Shown here piece after piece: positions 1-9,843 of a stretch of 64,000 nt of DNA. The notes beneath the pieces are model-generated. The model was not told the DNA's origin. It saw nothing but the letters and a program-made list of their open reading frames with translations, and did no database searches. The translations under genes and the position numbers were made by a program. Numbering within the stretch: the first letter of the stretch is position 1; each line of letters begins with the position of its first letter. Source of the stretch: an uncultured virus (IMG/VR IMGVR_UViG_2061766007_000970) (Duplodnaviria; Heunggongvirae; Uroviricota; Caudoviricetes); IMG/VR virus record IMGVR_UViG_2061766007_000970; one strand, given 5' to 3'.

Positions 1-2
1 TA

Positions 3-164
3 TATTATGACGCTGATTCGTCTTGGAAAATGGTTCCTTTTTATAAGAATTGCTATAGAGAATTTAGATGCGTGGGCACTCGCAGCGTTACTGAAGACGA
101 AATATCTCGGACGTATGCCGTTCTTCTCGTTAATGGCGGCTCTTACACCGAAAGTCAAACGTAA
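3..164 (+). CDS. 3' end of a hypothetical (probably tail-associated) protein
   Basis: Open frame YYDADSSWK...YTESQT* whose TAA overlaps the AGGAG RBS of the next gene. Confidence 0.45.
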   Translation, partial: YYDADSSWKMVPFYKNCYREFRCVGTRSVTEDEISRTYAVLLVNGGSYTESQT

Positions 165-174
165 GGAGATTTAA

Positions 175-2928
175 ATGGCTACTGAAGTTGAATATGTCAA
201 TTATAAAGATTTTGTCGCCGATCTTGAATCGACTGAAGCTCCCGGCGTTGATGATGTAACCGTTGTCAGTAACGAAACTGACGGCCCGCGCACCATTCCC
301 GCCAATACCTCCGCATTAACGAATACCGCAACGGACTCCGATCTGACCACTGATGCGAGCTTCGAGCTGCAAACTGCAACCGGCAAAAAGAAGGTCCCTG
401 CGAACTTGCTTGCCAAAGCAAGCGATTTAGGTGTATTAGTATCGACGATAGACTTGAACGATTCGAGCCTATGGACTAATTCGCAAATCGACTCGACTAA
501 CGGTAGCGTTTCGGCTAGCGATTCTAGGTTGAGCACCCCGGATAGCTTGGCGCTTGCGCCCAATACGATATTCGATTACACGAAAGGTGCGAATATTACG
601 TCGCTTTCGATATATGTTTACGCTTACGAAGATGACGGAACCTTTATTTCCGGACTAATTTCGGTGGAGAATTTCCCGACGTGGATTCAGAGCCATCCCG
701 AAGCTAAACTATTTAAGTTGTCGATGATTCCGACAGGTTCTGTGGCTGTTATACCGTCCAACCTTGACGACATCGTGACATTCAATGCGGATGTGTACGT
801 GTATAACGTAGCGTCAAAAGAGTACGTCGATAACCTCTGCGATTCTTTGCAGGAGGCCATCGAAGACATCGAGACGGGAGATTTGAAAGTTGTTGTCGAT
901 TTGAATTCGTCTGCCAAGTGGCGTGACGGGGGGCTGAACACAACGACTGGCAATAGCGAGTCTAACTCGTCCAGGATGCACAGCGTCGATCTGTATCTTA
1001 CGGACGATTCTGTCATTTCGTTCACGATGAAATCCGGCTATTCGTTGCAGACGTGGAATGCGATGTGCTACAAGATGGACGGGACTTATCTTGGCTACGT
1101 GAACGCGACAAATATAACCGGCGGTGCCGTGTCCGTAATCAAGACCCAGTATCCTCTTACAGACAAGATAAAGATTGAAGTCAGACTGAGCAGCGGAACG
1201 GCGTCTGCGTCGAACGTGACTAACATACTTTCTTTTGCTGCGACTTTGTACGAGAATCCGTATGCGACGAAGGAATACGTCGATGCGGCCATTGCGGCTT
1301 CCGGCGGCGGTGGAGGTGGCGGCGGCGGAGGAGGTGATACGCCTACCGCTTATCTAGACCTCAACGACTCCAGTCTCTGGGGCACGTGGACTATCGACGG
1401 TAACTATGGCAATAGATACGATTCAGGCTCCAACGGGAAACGTCTCGCGACTAACGACATGCTTGAAATCGACCCGACGTCGGTTTTCTCTTTCACGAAG
1501 GGAGCCAGTGCGTCGTTCCTTGGAAATACCGTGTATTTCTACGCGTACACGGAAAACGGTACTTTCATCGCAGGACTTCAGAACGTTTCAACGTTGGCAA
1601 CGTTTGTCCAAAACAACCCTACCGCAAAGAAGTTCTATCTTGCCATAATCAACGTTTCCGGCGTCGAATGTTCTGCTGCGAACTTGTCCAACATAATCAC
1701 GTTCAACCAGCCAATCAAGGTTAGCTCCGATTACGCGACGAAGACGTATGTAGATACGGCCGTGGCGCAGTGCGTGGCTCCGCTTTCAGCAAGGATAGGC
1801 GCCATAGACGCCAAGATGACACGCTCGTATGACCTTAACGACCCGGACATGTGGGAAAACTACGGCATCGGTACTCACGACGGGTTGCCATATTCTGCCG
1901 ACGGTCGAATTTCGACAAAGCTTCTTGAGTTACAGGCAGGCAGCACGTTCACGATAACGATGAAGAGCGGAGTGACCGCATCAAATGCGAACTACTATTG
2001 CTACGCAGCGGACGGTTCGTACATCGACAACCCGCTGATTCAGCAGACCGGAAACGTTGTCACTATTGCTTCAATCTTGACCGCCAATCCGACTACGAAG
2101 TTTGTCCGGCTCGGATTTGTCTCGATTTCGGGGACTACCGCGAGTTCGGAAAACATCGCGAACATCGCCACGTTCGCGAATACGCTCTATACTGAACGTT
2201 ACGTCACCCACGAGGAATTGAAGGAGGCCGCTTCGGGCGGTTCGGGAAATTCCATCCTCAAGGGAAAGAAATGGTACGCTTGCGGTGACAGTTTCACCGA
2301 GGGTGTTTCGGACCCGTTCCCTGACGGAAAGTACCAAGGGCAGAACAAGTCCTATCCTCTCTATGTCGGTCTTCGTAACGACATGACGGTCGTAAACTTC
2401 GCGGTGTCCGGTTCCACGATCGGCTACAAGGCGGGAACGTCAACGGCGCAGGACAGCTTCACGTATCCATCTACGGGACGCCTGTACCAGATTCCGCAGG
2501 ACGTTGACTACATCACGTTGAAGTTCGGCATCAATGACGGTCCGGGACACAAGAACATCCCTCTTGGCACAATCAGCGACAACACGACAGAAACAGAGTA
2601 CGGTGCGTGGAACGTTGTCCTTGAGTATCTTATAACCAATTACCCGTTCGCAAAGATAGGCGTAATCGTGTCCAACGGTTGCGACAATACGGACTACCCG
2701 CAGGCGGCGAAGGATTGCGCCGAAAAATGGGGCGTCGCCGTGCTGGATGAAAACTTCGACTACAACGTCCCGCTGTTGCATCGTGTGAACGGCAAGCCGA
2801 ATGTTGCACAGGCGGCTCACGACCTGCGTTTGCAACAGTTCCGCGTAAGTGCCGACAACACGCACCCGAACGCTCATGCTATGGAATTTGAATCGACGTT
2901 TGTCGAAGAATTTTTAATGAGGCTTTAA
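175..2928 (+). CDS. Phage tail fibre/spike protein with four internal repeats and a C-terminal SGNH/GDSL hydrolase
   Basis: RBS AGGAG; repeats starting DLN(D/S)xxxW; A(S/T)K(E/T)YVD linkers; poly-Gly hinge; SGNH blocks GDSFT, GINDG, DNTHPN. Confidence 0.75.
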   Translation: MATEVEYVNYKDFVADLESTEAPGVDDVTVVSNETDGPRTIPANTSALTNTATDSDLTTDASFELQTATGKKKVPANLLAKASDLGVLVSTIDLNDSSLWTNSQIDSTNGSVSASDSRLSTPDSLALAPNTIFDYTKGANITSLSIYVYAYEDDGTFISGLISVENFPTWIQSHPEAKLFKLSMIPTGSVAVIPSNLDDIVTFNADVYVYNVASKEYVDNLCDSLQEAIEDIETGDLKVVVDLNSSAKWRDGGLNTTTGNSESNSSRMHSVDLYLTDDSVISFTMKSGYSLQTWNAMCYKMDGTYLGYVNATNITGGAVSVIKTQYPLTDKIKIEVRLSSGTASASNVTNILSFAATLYENPYATKEYVDAAIAASGGGGGGGGGGGDTPTAYLDLNDSSLWGTWTIDGNYGNRYDSGSNGKRLATNDMLEIDPTSVFSFTKGASASFLGNTVYFYAYTENGTFIAGLQNVSTLATFVQNNPTAKKFYLAIINVSGVECSAANLSNIITFNQPIKVSSDYATKTYVDTAVAQCVAPLSARIGAIDAKMTRSYDLNDPDMWENYGIGTHDGLPYSADGRISTKLLELQAGSTFTITMKSGVTASNANYYCYAADGSYIDNPLIQQTGNVVTIASILTANPTTKFVRLGFVSISGTTASSENIANIATFANTLYTERYVTHEELKEAASGGSGNSILKGKKWYACGDSFTEGVSDPFPDGKYQGQNKSYPLYVGLRNDMTVVNFAVSGSTIGYKAGTSTAQDSFTYPSTGRLYQIPQDVDYITLKFGINDGPGHKNIPLGTISDNTTETEYGAWNVVLEYLITNYPFAKIGVIVSNGCDNTDYPQAAKDCAEKWGVAVLDENFDYNVPLLHRVNGKPNVAQAAHDLRLQQFRVSADNTHPNAHAMEFESTFVEEFLMRL

Positions 2929-2943
2929 AAAAAGAGGTAAACT

Positions 2944-3477
2944 ATGTATAGTGTATATGCAGTTCTTGATTCGAGCTACACCTTCACAGGTAACTCAAGA
3001 CAGGCTTCGTTCGGTGTCGAAGCAGATGCAGCGCTGGAGTGTCACTCGCTTTCTTTTGCGCTTGCGGACGAGGTGCAGTTCAAGGGCGGTGAGTTTCGCA
3101 TCGTCCGTGCGAGGCTTTTGGCTTCGGGCGCTATTGGCCTCGCTCCCGGAAAGGAAAAAATCGCGGGCAACGTGAAGCTGAAATTCGTGACCGGAGGCGA
3201 GGATGCTTCGGGCTCATTCGAGCTTTCGTTCGTAAAGTGGGACGAGTGGGTTGATCAGGATTTACGCATCGGCGTCGCAGATTCCGCTGTTGGCAAGGAC
3301 TGCGAACTTGCGGTCATCAAGAACGGCACCACGTTCACGTGTGACGACTTCAATATCGACTCTGCGTACTCCGGCGAAACTGTCGTCCCGATGCTCGAGC
3401 TCGAAATCGAGGCGGAACGTGACTCCGTAACGAGGAGGATGACTCATGGGTATGTACAAAATAAGTTCGATATATAA
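2944..3477 (+). CDS. Hypothetical phage protein (beta-rich, likely structural)
   Basis: 177-aa ORF with GAGG RBS between the tail gene and the DGR target. Confidence 0.6.
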   Translation: MYSVYAVLDSSYTFTGNSRQASFGVEADAALECHSLSFALADEVQFKGGEFRIVRARLLASGAIGLAPGKEKIAGNVKLKFVTGGEDASGSFELSFVKWDEWVDQDLRIGVADSAVGKDCELAVIKNGTTFTCDDFNIDSAYSGETVVPMLELEIEAERDSVTRRMTHGYVQNKFDI

Positions 3478-4583
3478 GGGCGGTCACGGCGTGTACCGCT
3501 CCGGCATTTACAAGGGCGTGAACGTCGTTGTTTCGCGCCCCAATCAGGGCGACGCGGTGTACGTGCCGACCACGAGCGTGTATAGCTCGGCAACTCCTGG
3601 CAGCGGCGTTACGGAAGGCTCTGTGACGTTCGTCGCTGGCGATACCGTTGACGACGCCAAGATGACGGCGGCGGGCTTCACCGCGCTCGGCGTCGTGGCG
3701 AGCGTGAGCGGCAACAAGTGCTACGTGCTGTATAAGAACGTTGGTGCTGCCGGTCCTTTCTTTACCGGCGCGACATCTTCTGCATATACCATTCCGTCCG
3801 ACAAGCTTTCCGATGCAGACATTAATAAAATCAAGGCTGGAGACGCCGAGGATACGCAGGGTCTTGTCGGCTTCCGCGCAACCTGCCAAATAGACGTGCT
3901 GTTTGCGTGGCTGACGGGCCGAGGCGGCGAGAGAGAGAACGAGGGCTGGAACGGCGGTACTAACGGGTTGCGAAACGACTTTCTTAACGGGGCCGACTGG
4001 GGCCTGACACTCGGTCCTGCGGCATCCGACATTACGGCTCATGACACTGCGACGTACAAGGTGGCCGAAACTATCGCCAAGTTTGGTGCAGGCGAGGCGN
4101 NNNNNNNNNCGGTTGGCGTATCCGAGCTCGCTGGCGAGCAATTCCGTCGTCTTCCAGGATGGCAAGGCGGCGACGAAGGTACTTGTCGATGCGAATGAGG
4201 CCGACAATTCGGCCTTCTTCCGAGTTGCGCAATTTGCCTACAACCATAACCTGACATGGGGTTCATACGGTCAGTTTGCGAATGTGGACGGACTTCGTCG
4301 TGGTGACTGGTTCCAGCCTGGGCTCGGCATCGTACAGGACATCTTCAGGCACGTCAAGTACACGCTCGAGAACCCTGCCGCAGACATATTTAACAAGACG
4401 CTGTCGAAAATCGGAGGCGGCGCGCTACAGCTTAACACGAACTCGATCAATTCGCGCTACTGGCTTCCCTTTGTCCGTTCCCGCTCCCTTGGCTGGAATT
4501 TGTACGCCACCGGGGCTTTCTACGGCAGCTACCCCCTGTACACCAACGGTCGGGCGTTGTCGGTTGCGCTCTTGGAAATTTAA
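3446..4583 (+). CDS. DGR target protein 1 (C-terminal C-type-lectin-like variable domain); interrupted by N gap 4100-4109
   Basis: ORFs 3446-4198 and 4041-4583 join across the gap; GDWFQP and YWLP...GW...G...RALSV C-terminus; 3' end matches the TR. Confidence 0.85.
4465..4574 (+). repeat. DGR variable repeat VR1
   Basis: 110 bp colinear with TR 5490-5599; 19 mismatches, all at TR adenines. Confidence 0.95.
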
Positions 4584-4598
4584 CATTTAACCTTCTTC

Positions 4599-4621
4599 GG
4601 CGCGGCCTTCAAAGCCGCGCC
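4599..4621 (+). promoter_or_regulatory. GC hairpin/cruciform downstream of VR1 (DGR target-recognition element)
   Basis: GGCGCGGC-CTTCAAA-GCCGCGCC; identical copy after VR3 at 9799-9821. Confidence 0.8.
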
Positions 4622-4644
4622 CGCAACTAAAAAGGATCTCGAAA

Positions 4645-5469
4645 GTGTCAAAGAAAGTCGTCGATACTCCGATATACGTGGATACCTACAAGCTGGTTGG
4701 TATCGTGTACGGTCTGCGGTTTTCGATTCCAAAACGAGACAGGGCCGTTCTCGGCGACAGGCTCCTTGACGCGGCGACTGCGATGCTTGTCGAGTTCACT
4801 CTTTCTTACAAGTTGCGCGGAAACGAGAAGGTGGTTCACACGGACAGATTCCTCGCGCATTTTGAAGTGCTGAAAGGTCTGATGCGGCTGTGTATCGACA
4901 AGAAGGTGCTGCCTGGAAAAAAGTGCGTAGAATCATACGAATACATACAAAGAATTGACGATGGCATAGTCGCGTGGCGAGAAAGGATCGCCCGCGAAGT
5001 ACGGTCAACGACGGCATCAAACAATGGCCGCCATTCCGGCATGCAAGAACAGTTAAGAGGAGGCGANNNNNNNNNNAACTTGCGCTTCGCCATCCCGAAG
5101 CGCGACAGGGCTGTGCTTGGCGACAGGCTCCTTGACGCGGCGACTGCGATGCTTGTTGAGTTTACTCTTTCTTACAAGTTGCGCGGAAACGAGAAGGTTG
5201 TTCACACGGACAGGTTCCTTGCGCATTTCGAGGTGTTGAAAGGTCTGATGCGGCTGTGTATCGACAAGAAGGTGTTGCCCGGGAAAAAGTGCGTAGAATC
5301 ATACGAGTACATACAGAGAATTGACGATGGCATAATCGCGTGGCGAGAAAGAATTGCCCGCGAAGTACGGTCAACGGCGGCGTCAAACAATGGCTGTCGT
5401 TCCGGCGTGCAAGAACAGTTAAGAGGAGGCGACGGTATCATGAATACCAGTTCCGGCAGTGCGCCTTGA
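4645..5469 (+). CDS. avd: DGR accessory variability determinant (four-helix bundle, ~152 aa), present as two overlapping haplotype copies joined by Ns
   Basis: GTG start with AAGGA RBS; PIY..TYKL...PK.DR..LG.RL...GI.AW pattern; lies between VR and TR. Confidence 0.85.
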   Translation: MSKKVVDTPIYVDTYKLVGIVYGLRFSIPKRDRAVLGDRLLDAATAMLVEFTLSYKLRGNEKVVHTDRFLAHFEVLKGLMRLCIDKKVLPGKKCVESYEYIQRIDDGIVAWRERIAREVRSTTASNNGRHSGMQEQLRGGXXXXNLRFAIPKRDRAVLGDRLLDAATAMLVEFTLSYKLRGNEKVVHTDRFLAHFEVLKGLMRLCIDKKVLPGKKCVESYEYIQRIDDGIIAWRERIAREVRSTAASNNGCRSGVQEQLRGGDGIMNTSSGSAP

Positions 5470-5489
5470 TGCAGCTTCGGCTGCGGCGG

Positions 5490-5599
5490 TTCCCTTTGTC
5501 CGTTCCCGCTCCAATGGCTGGAATTTGAACAACAACGGGAATTTCAACGGCAACAACAACCTGAACAACAACAATCGGGCGTTGTCGGTTGCGAACTTG
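5490..5599 (+). ncRNA. DGR template repeat (TR)
   Basis: Intergenic between avd and RT; every adenine lies in an AAC/AAT codon in the target frame; matches three VRs. Confidence 0.95.
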
Positions 5600-5626
5600 A
5601 CTAATGCAGGCCGTTCGGTGGATAGT

Positions 5627-6167
5627 ATGGTATTGCTAGATGAATTGCTAGAGACCTATTTCGTTGCGCGTAGCAACAAGCGCCGCTCGAGAGACGCGGT
5701 ATTGTTCGAGATGTGCTTTGAAAAGTCTCTCGTCCGTCTATGCAATGACCTGAACGGGCGCAGGCTCGATACTACCCCGAACTATGCCTTCGTCGTTTTT
5801 AGTCCCAAGGCGAGAGAAATTTTCGCCACGGCGATGTACGTGCGCATCGTGCATCACTACCTGGACCGCAAGTTGCGCCCGATATACGAGGACGTGCTTT
5901 CGGACCGTACCTACAACAACCGCAAGGGAAAAGGCTTGCACGCCTGCATTGCGAACTTTCGCGAGGATGTGCGCGAGATGACCTGCAACTACACGCGTGA
6001 CGCCTGGATAGTCCACATNNNNNNNNNNCCGAGAGGATGTGCGCGAGATGACCTGCAACTACACTCGCGATGCCTGGATTGTCCACATGGACCTCAAGGG
6101 CTATTTTCCGAACGCGTACGTAGAGATTGCGCTTGCGCAGCAACTTGACCTGATTGAACGCTACTAT
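5627..6167 (+). CDS. DGR reverse transcriptase, N-terminal half (two overlapping contigs)
   Basis: AR.NKR, PK.REIFA, RIVHH, R.GKG, DLKGYF motifs; immediately downstream of the TR. Confidence 0.9.
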
Positions 6168-6177
6168 NNNNNNNNNN

Positions 6178-6639
6178 AAGCGACCCGACCGCGATCGGTA
6201 CGACCATCGAGGCCATCGATTCCCTCACGCAGAATACGAACGGCGAGATTACCGCGACGAAGAAGACTATCCGCTCCGGCACCACGTCGCAGACAGGTGT
6301 CGTGCAGCTCAAGGGCAGTATCGCTGCAAGCGAGAGCGACGATTCTAAGGCTGCGACCCCGAAGGCGGTGCGCGATGCAATCAATGCGCTGGATGTTGCC
6401 GAAGTCGGCGGTACAGGCAAGTACATCAAGGCCGTGCGCGAGGCGGACGGCAAGATTGTTGCGACCGAAGAGACGATGGACACGACGCCGACGGAAGGCT
6501 CGCAGAAGGCTGTCACGTCGGGCGGCGTGAAGGCTGCAATCGACGCCATAGACCCGGGCAATACCGGCATGGGCGAGGTGGTGGCCGCAGCGTTGAACGA
6601 TCTCGACGCGCGAGTCCGCGCCAACGAGGAGGCTGTATC
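6178..6639 (+). CDS. Phage tail-fibre protein fragment
   Basis: GTTSQTGVVQL...AATPKAV tail-fibre repeat motif; bounded by gaps. Confidence 0.65.
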
Positions 6640-6682
6640 NNNNNNNNNNNNNNNNNNNNNNNNNNNNNNNNNNNNNNNNNNN

Positions 6683-7391
6683 GGGGTCTCTCGACTAACG
6701 ACTTCACGGATGCGTACAAGGGCAACGTGGACGAGAACACGTCGGCAAGACACTCGCACACTAACAAGGCCCTGCTTGACAACANNNNNNNNNNAGACAA
6801 AGTCGAAGGCAAGGGTCTCTCGACTAACGACTTCACGGATGCGTACAAGGGCAACGTTGACGCGAACACGTCGGCAAGACACTCGCACACTAACAAGGCC
6901 CTGCTTGACAACATCTCGCAGTCGGACATCGACAACTGGAATTCAAAGCAGGCCGCCCTGTCGTTTATGACGGACGCCGAAGTAGATGCACTTTTNNNNN
7001 NNNNNGTGCAGACATTGCTTGTCGGCGGAGAAGATGTGGCCGCGAAACTTGACGGCAAGGTAGACAAGGTCGAAGGCAAGGGTCTCTCGACTAACGACTT
7101 CACGGATGCGCTGAAGAACAAGCTCAACGGCATCGCCGCAGGTGCGGAAGTCAACGTGCAGAGCGACTGGAACCAGACGGATNNNNNNNNNNCAATTTCA
7201 CCGACACGTACAAGGACAACGTGAACGCTAACACGTCGGCAAGGCACACGCACACGAACAAGACCCTGCTTGACAACATCTCGCAGTCGGACATCGACAA
7301 CTGGAATTCCAAGCAGGGCGCTATCAGTTGGATGACAGACTCCGAAGTAGATGCACTTTTCACCGCGGCCTGGAATGCCGCCAACGCGTAG
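6683..7391 (+). CDS. Fragments of a head/tail fibre protein with DKVEGKGLSTNDFT repeats
   Basis: Recurrent KVDKVEGKGLSTNDFTD and HSHTNKALLD motifs on four small contigs; stop at 7389-7391. Confidence 0.6.
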
Positions 7392-7403
7392 GAGGTGACT
7401 TAA

Positions 7404-7574
7404 ATGCCGAATACATACGATGACAAGGCCATCAAAGGCTCGCAGCTTGAAAGGCTGACTACGAAGGTGTTGGAGAAGGTCGTTGAGAAGCAGGATATAA
7501 TCGACGCTGCCTACGACTCGACGAACCACCGACTGAAATTGAACAACGTGACGATAACCGTCCCGAACGCATAG
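7404..7574 (+). CDS. Small hypothetical protein (56 aa, MPNTYDDKAI...)
   Basis: GGAGGTG RBS; its TAG overlaps the RBS of the next gene. Confidence 0.6.
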   Translation: MPNTYDDKAIKGSQLERLTTKVLEKVVEKQDIIDAAYDSTNHRLKLNNVTITVPNA

Positions 7575-7586
7575 GAGATTTAGACC

Positions 7587-9783
7587 ATGGCAAGCTATAT
7601 AAACAAGTACGACGATGCCGCCGACTATTCGGCGGACGCTTCTGCCCGTGCGGCTCTCGGCAAGAGCACGGTTTCGCTCGAGGCCGACTCCGGCAAGGTG
7701 CACTTCGACGGCGTGAACGTTGTTGTTTCGCGTCCCAAGCAGGGCGACGCGGTGTATGTTCCGACAACGAGCGTGTACAGCACGGCCACTCCTGGCAGCG
7801 GTGTTGCCGAAGGCTCGGTGACGTTCGTTTCCGGAGATACCGTTGACGACGCCAAGATGTCTGCGGCGGGATTTACCGCACTCGGTGTCGTGGCGAGCGT
7901 GCGTGGAAATAAGTGCTACGTGCTGTACAAGACTGTCGGTGCCGCAGTGCCGTTCTTTACTGGTGCGACTTCTTCCTCTTACACGATTCCGTCCGACAAA
8001 CTTTCCGATGCCGANNNNNNNNNNAGTTTCGCTCGAGGCCGACTCCGGCAAGGTGCACTTCGACGGAGTGAACGTCGTTGTTTCGCGTCCCAAGCAGGGC
8101 GACGCGGTGTATGTTCCGACCACGAGCGTGTACAGTGCGGCCACTCCGGGTAGCGGCGTTACGGAAGGCTCTGTGACGTTCGTCGCTGGCGATACCGTTG
8201 ACGACGCCAAGATGACGGCGGCGGGATTTACCGCACTCGGTGTCGTAGCGAGCGTGCGCGGAAACAAGTGCTACGTGCTGTACAAGACTGTCGGCGCTGC
8301 GGGGCCGTTCTTTACCGGCGCGACTTCTTCCTCTTACACGATTCCGNNNNNNNNNNTTCGGTGCCGAAGGGCCGTTCTTTACTGGTGCGACTTCTTCCTC
8401 TTATACGATTCCGTCCGACAAACTTTCCGATGCCGACCTTGCTAAAATCACGGCTGGCGACGCGAAGGATACTCAGGGACTTGTCGGCTACCGTGCGACA
8501 TGCAGCGTAGACGTGCTGTTCGCGTGGCTCACTGGTCGTGGCGGCGCGAGCAAGAACGAGGGGTGGAACGGCGGTACTAACGGGTTGCAGAACGACTTTC
8601 TTAACGGGGCTGACTGGGGTCTGACGCTTGGTCCTGCGGCATCCAGCATTACGGCTCATGACGCTACGACGTACAAGGTGGCCGAAACTATCGCCAAGTT
8701 TGGTGCAGGCGAGGCGGGCTTCCGAAAGTATCTTGAATCTCGTAGATTGGCGTATCCGTGCTCGCTGGCGAGCAATTCCGTCGTCTTCCAGGACGGCAAN
8801 NNNNNNNNNCGACTGGGGTCTGACGCTTGGTCCTGCGGAATCCAGCATTACGGCTCATGACGCCACGACGTACAAGGTGACTGAAACTATTGCCAAGTTT
8901 GGTACAGGCGAGGCGGGCTTCCGCAAATATTTGGAATCTCGCAGGCTTGCGTATCCGTGCTCGCTGGCGAGCAATTCCGTCGTCTTCCAGGACGGCAAGG
9001 CTGCGACGAAGGTGCTTGTCGATGCGAATGATGCAGACAATTCGGCCTTCTTCCGAGTTGCGCAATTTGCCTACAACCATGACCTGACATGGGGTTCCTA
9101 CGGTCAGTTCGCGAATGTAGACGGGCTTCGCNNNNNNNNNNGGACAATTCGGCATTCTTCCGAGTTGCGCAGTTCGCCTACAACCATAACCTGACATGGG
9201 GTTCCTACGGCCAGTTTGCGAATGTGGACGGACTTCGCCGTGGCGATTGGTTCCAGCCTGGGCTCGGCATCGTGCAGGACGTCTTCAGGCACGTCAAGTA
9301 TACGCTCGAAAGCCCTGCTGCCGACGTGTTCAACAAGACGCTGTCGAAAATCGGCGGCAGCACNNNNNNNNNNCGTGGCGATTGGTTCCAGCCCGGGCTC
9401 GGTATCGTGCAGGACATCTTCAGGCACGTCAAGTATACGCTCGAGAGTCCTGCTGCCGACGTATTCAACAAGACGCTGTCGAAAATCGGCGGCAGCACGC
9501 TTCAGCTTAACACTAACTCGAACGATTCGCGCTATTGGCTTCCCTTTGTCCGTTCCCGCTCCGGTGGCTGGAGTTTGCCATACAGCGGGTTTTTCACCGG
9601 CAGCACCCCCATGCACTACATCAGTCGGGCGTTGTCGGTCGCGCTCTTGGATATTTAACCTTCCACCTTATTCGNNNNNNNNNNAATGGCTGGAATTTGA
9701 ACAGCACCGGGTATTTCATCGGCGGCTCCAACCCCCTGACCTACAACTTTCGGGCGTTGTCGGTCGCGCTCTTGGATATTTAA
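7587..9783 (+). CDS. DGR target protein 2, tiled as overlapping fragments of at least two haplotypes
   Basis: AGGAG RBS; body from GVNVVVSRP onward nearly identical to target 1; ends in VR2 or VR3. Confidence 0.85.
9540..9649 (+). repeat. DGR variable repeat VR2
   Basis: 110 bp colinear with the TR; mismatches at adenines plus three non-A differences. Confidence 0.9.
9685..9774 (+). repeat. DGR variable repeat VR3 (5' part in gap)
   Basis: Adenine-position mismatches to the TR, one extra codon, and GTC for TR GTT. Confidence 0.9.
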
Positions 9784-9798
9784 CCTTCCACCTTATTC

Positions 9799-9821
9799 GG
9801 CGCGGCCTTCAAAGCCGCGCC
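9799..9821 (+). promoter_or_regulatory. GC hairpin downstream of VR3
   Basis: Identical to 4599-4621 although the flanks differ. Confidence 0.8.
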
Positions 9822-9843
9822 TGCACACCAAAAGGATCTCCGC

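Noticed and set aside
4645..5469. Tandem double-domain Avd (274 aa)
   Set aside because: Two overlapping haplotype contigs joined in frame by Ns
5459..5626. Asn-rich N-terminal extension of the RT ORF / AAC microsatellite
   Set aside because: This is the TR read in frame; the RT more plausibly starts at ATG 5627
5627..6167. Group II intron or retron RT
   Set aside because: TR/VR pair and avd are present, the protein is ~393 aa, and no intron domain V or msr/msd structure was seen
6513..8267. Long antisense ORFs (also 62236-63372, 47212-48192, 51831-52721)
   Set aside because: Shadow frames of GC-rich genes on the opposite strand, with no recognisable motifs
7587..9783. Array of many tandem DGR target genes
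   Set aside because: Fragments overlap and are gap-bounded, so they cannot be told from alleles of one gene
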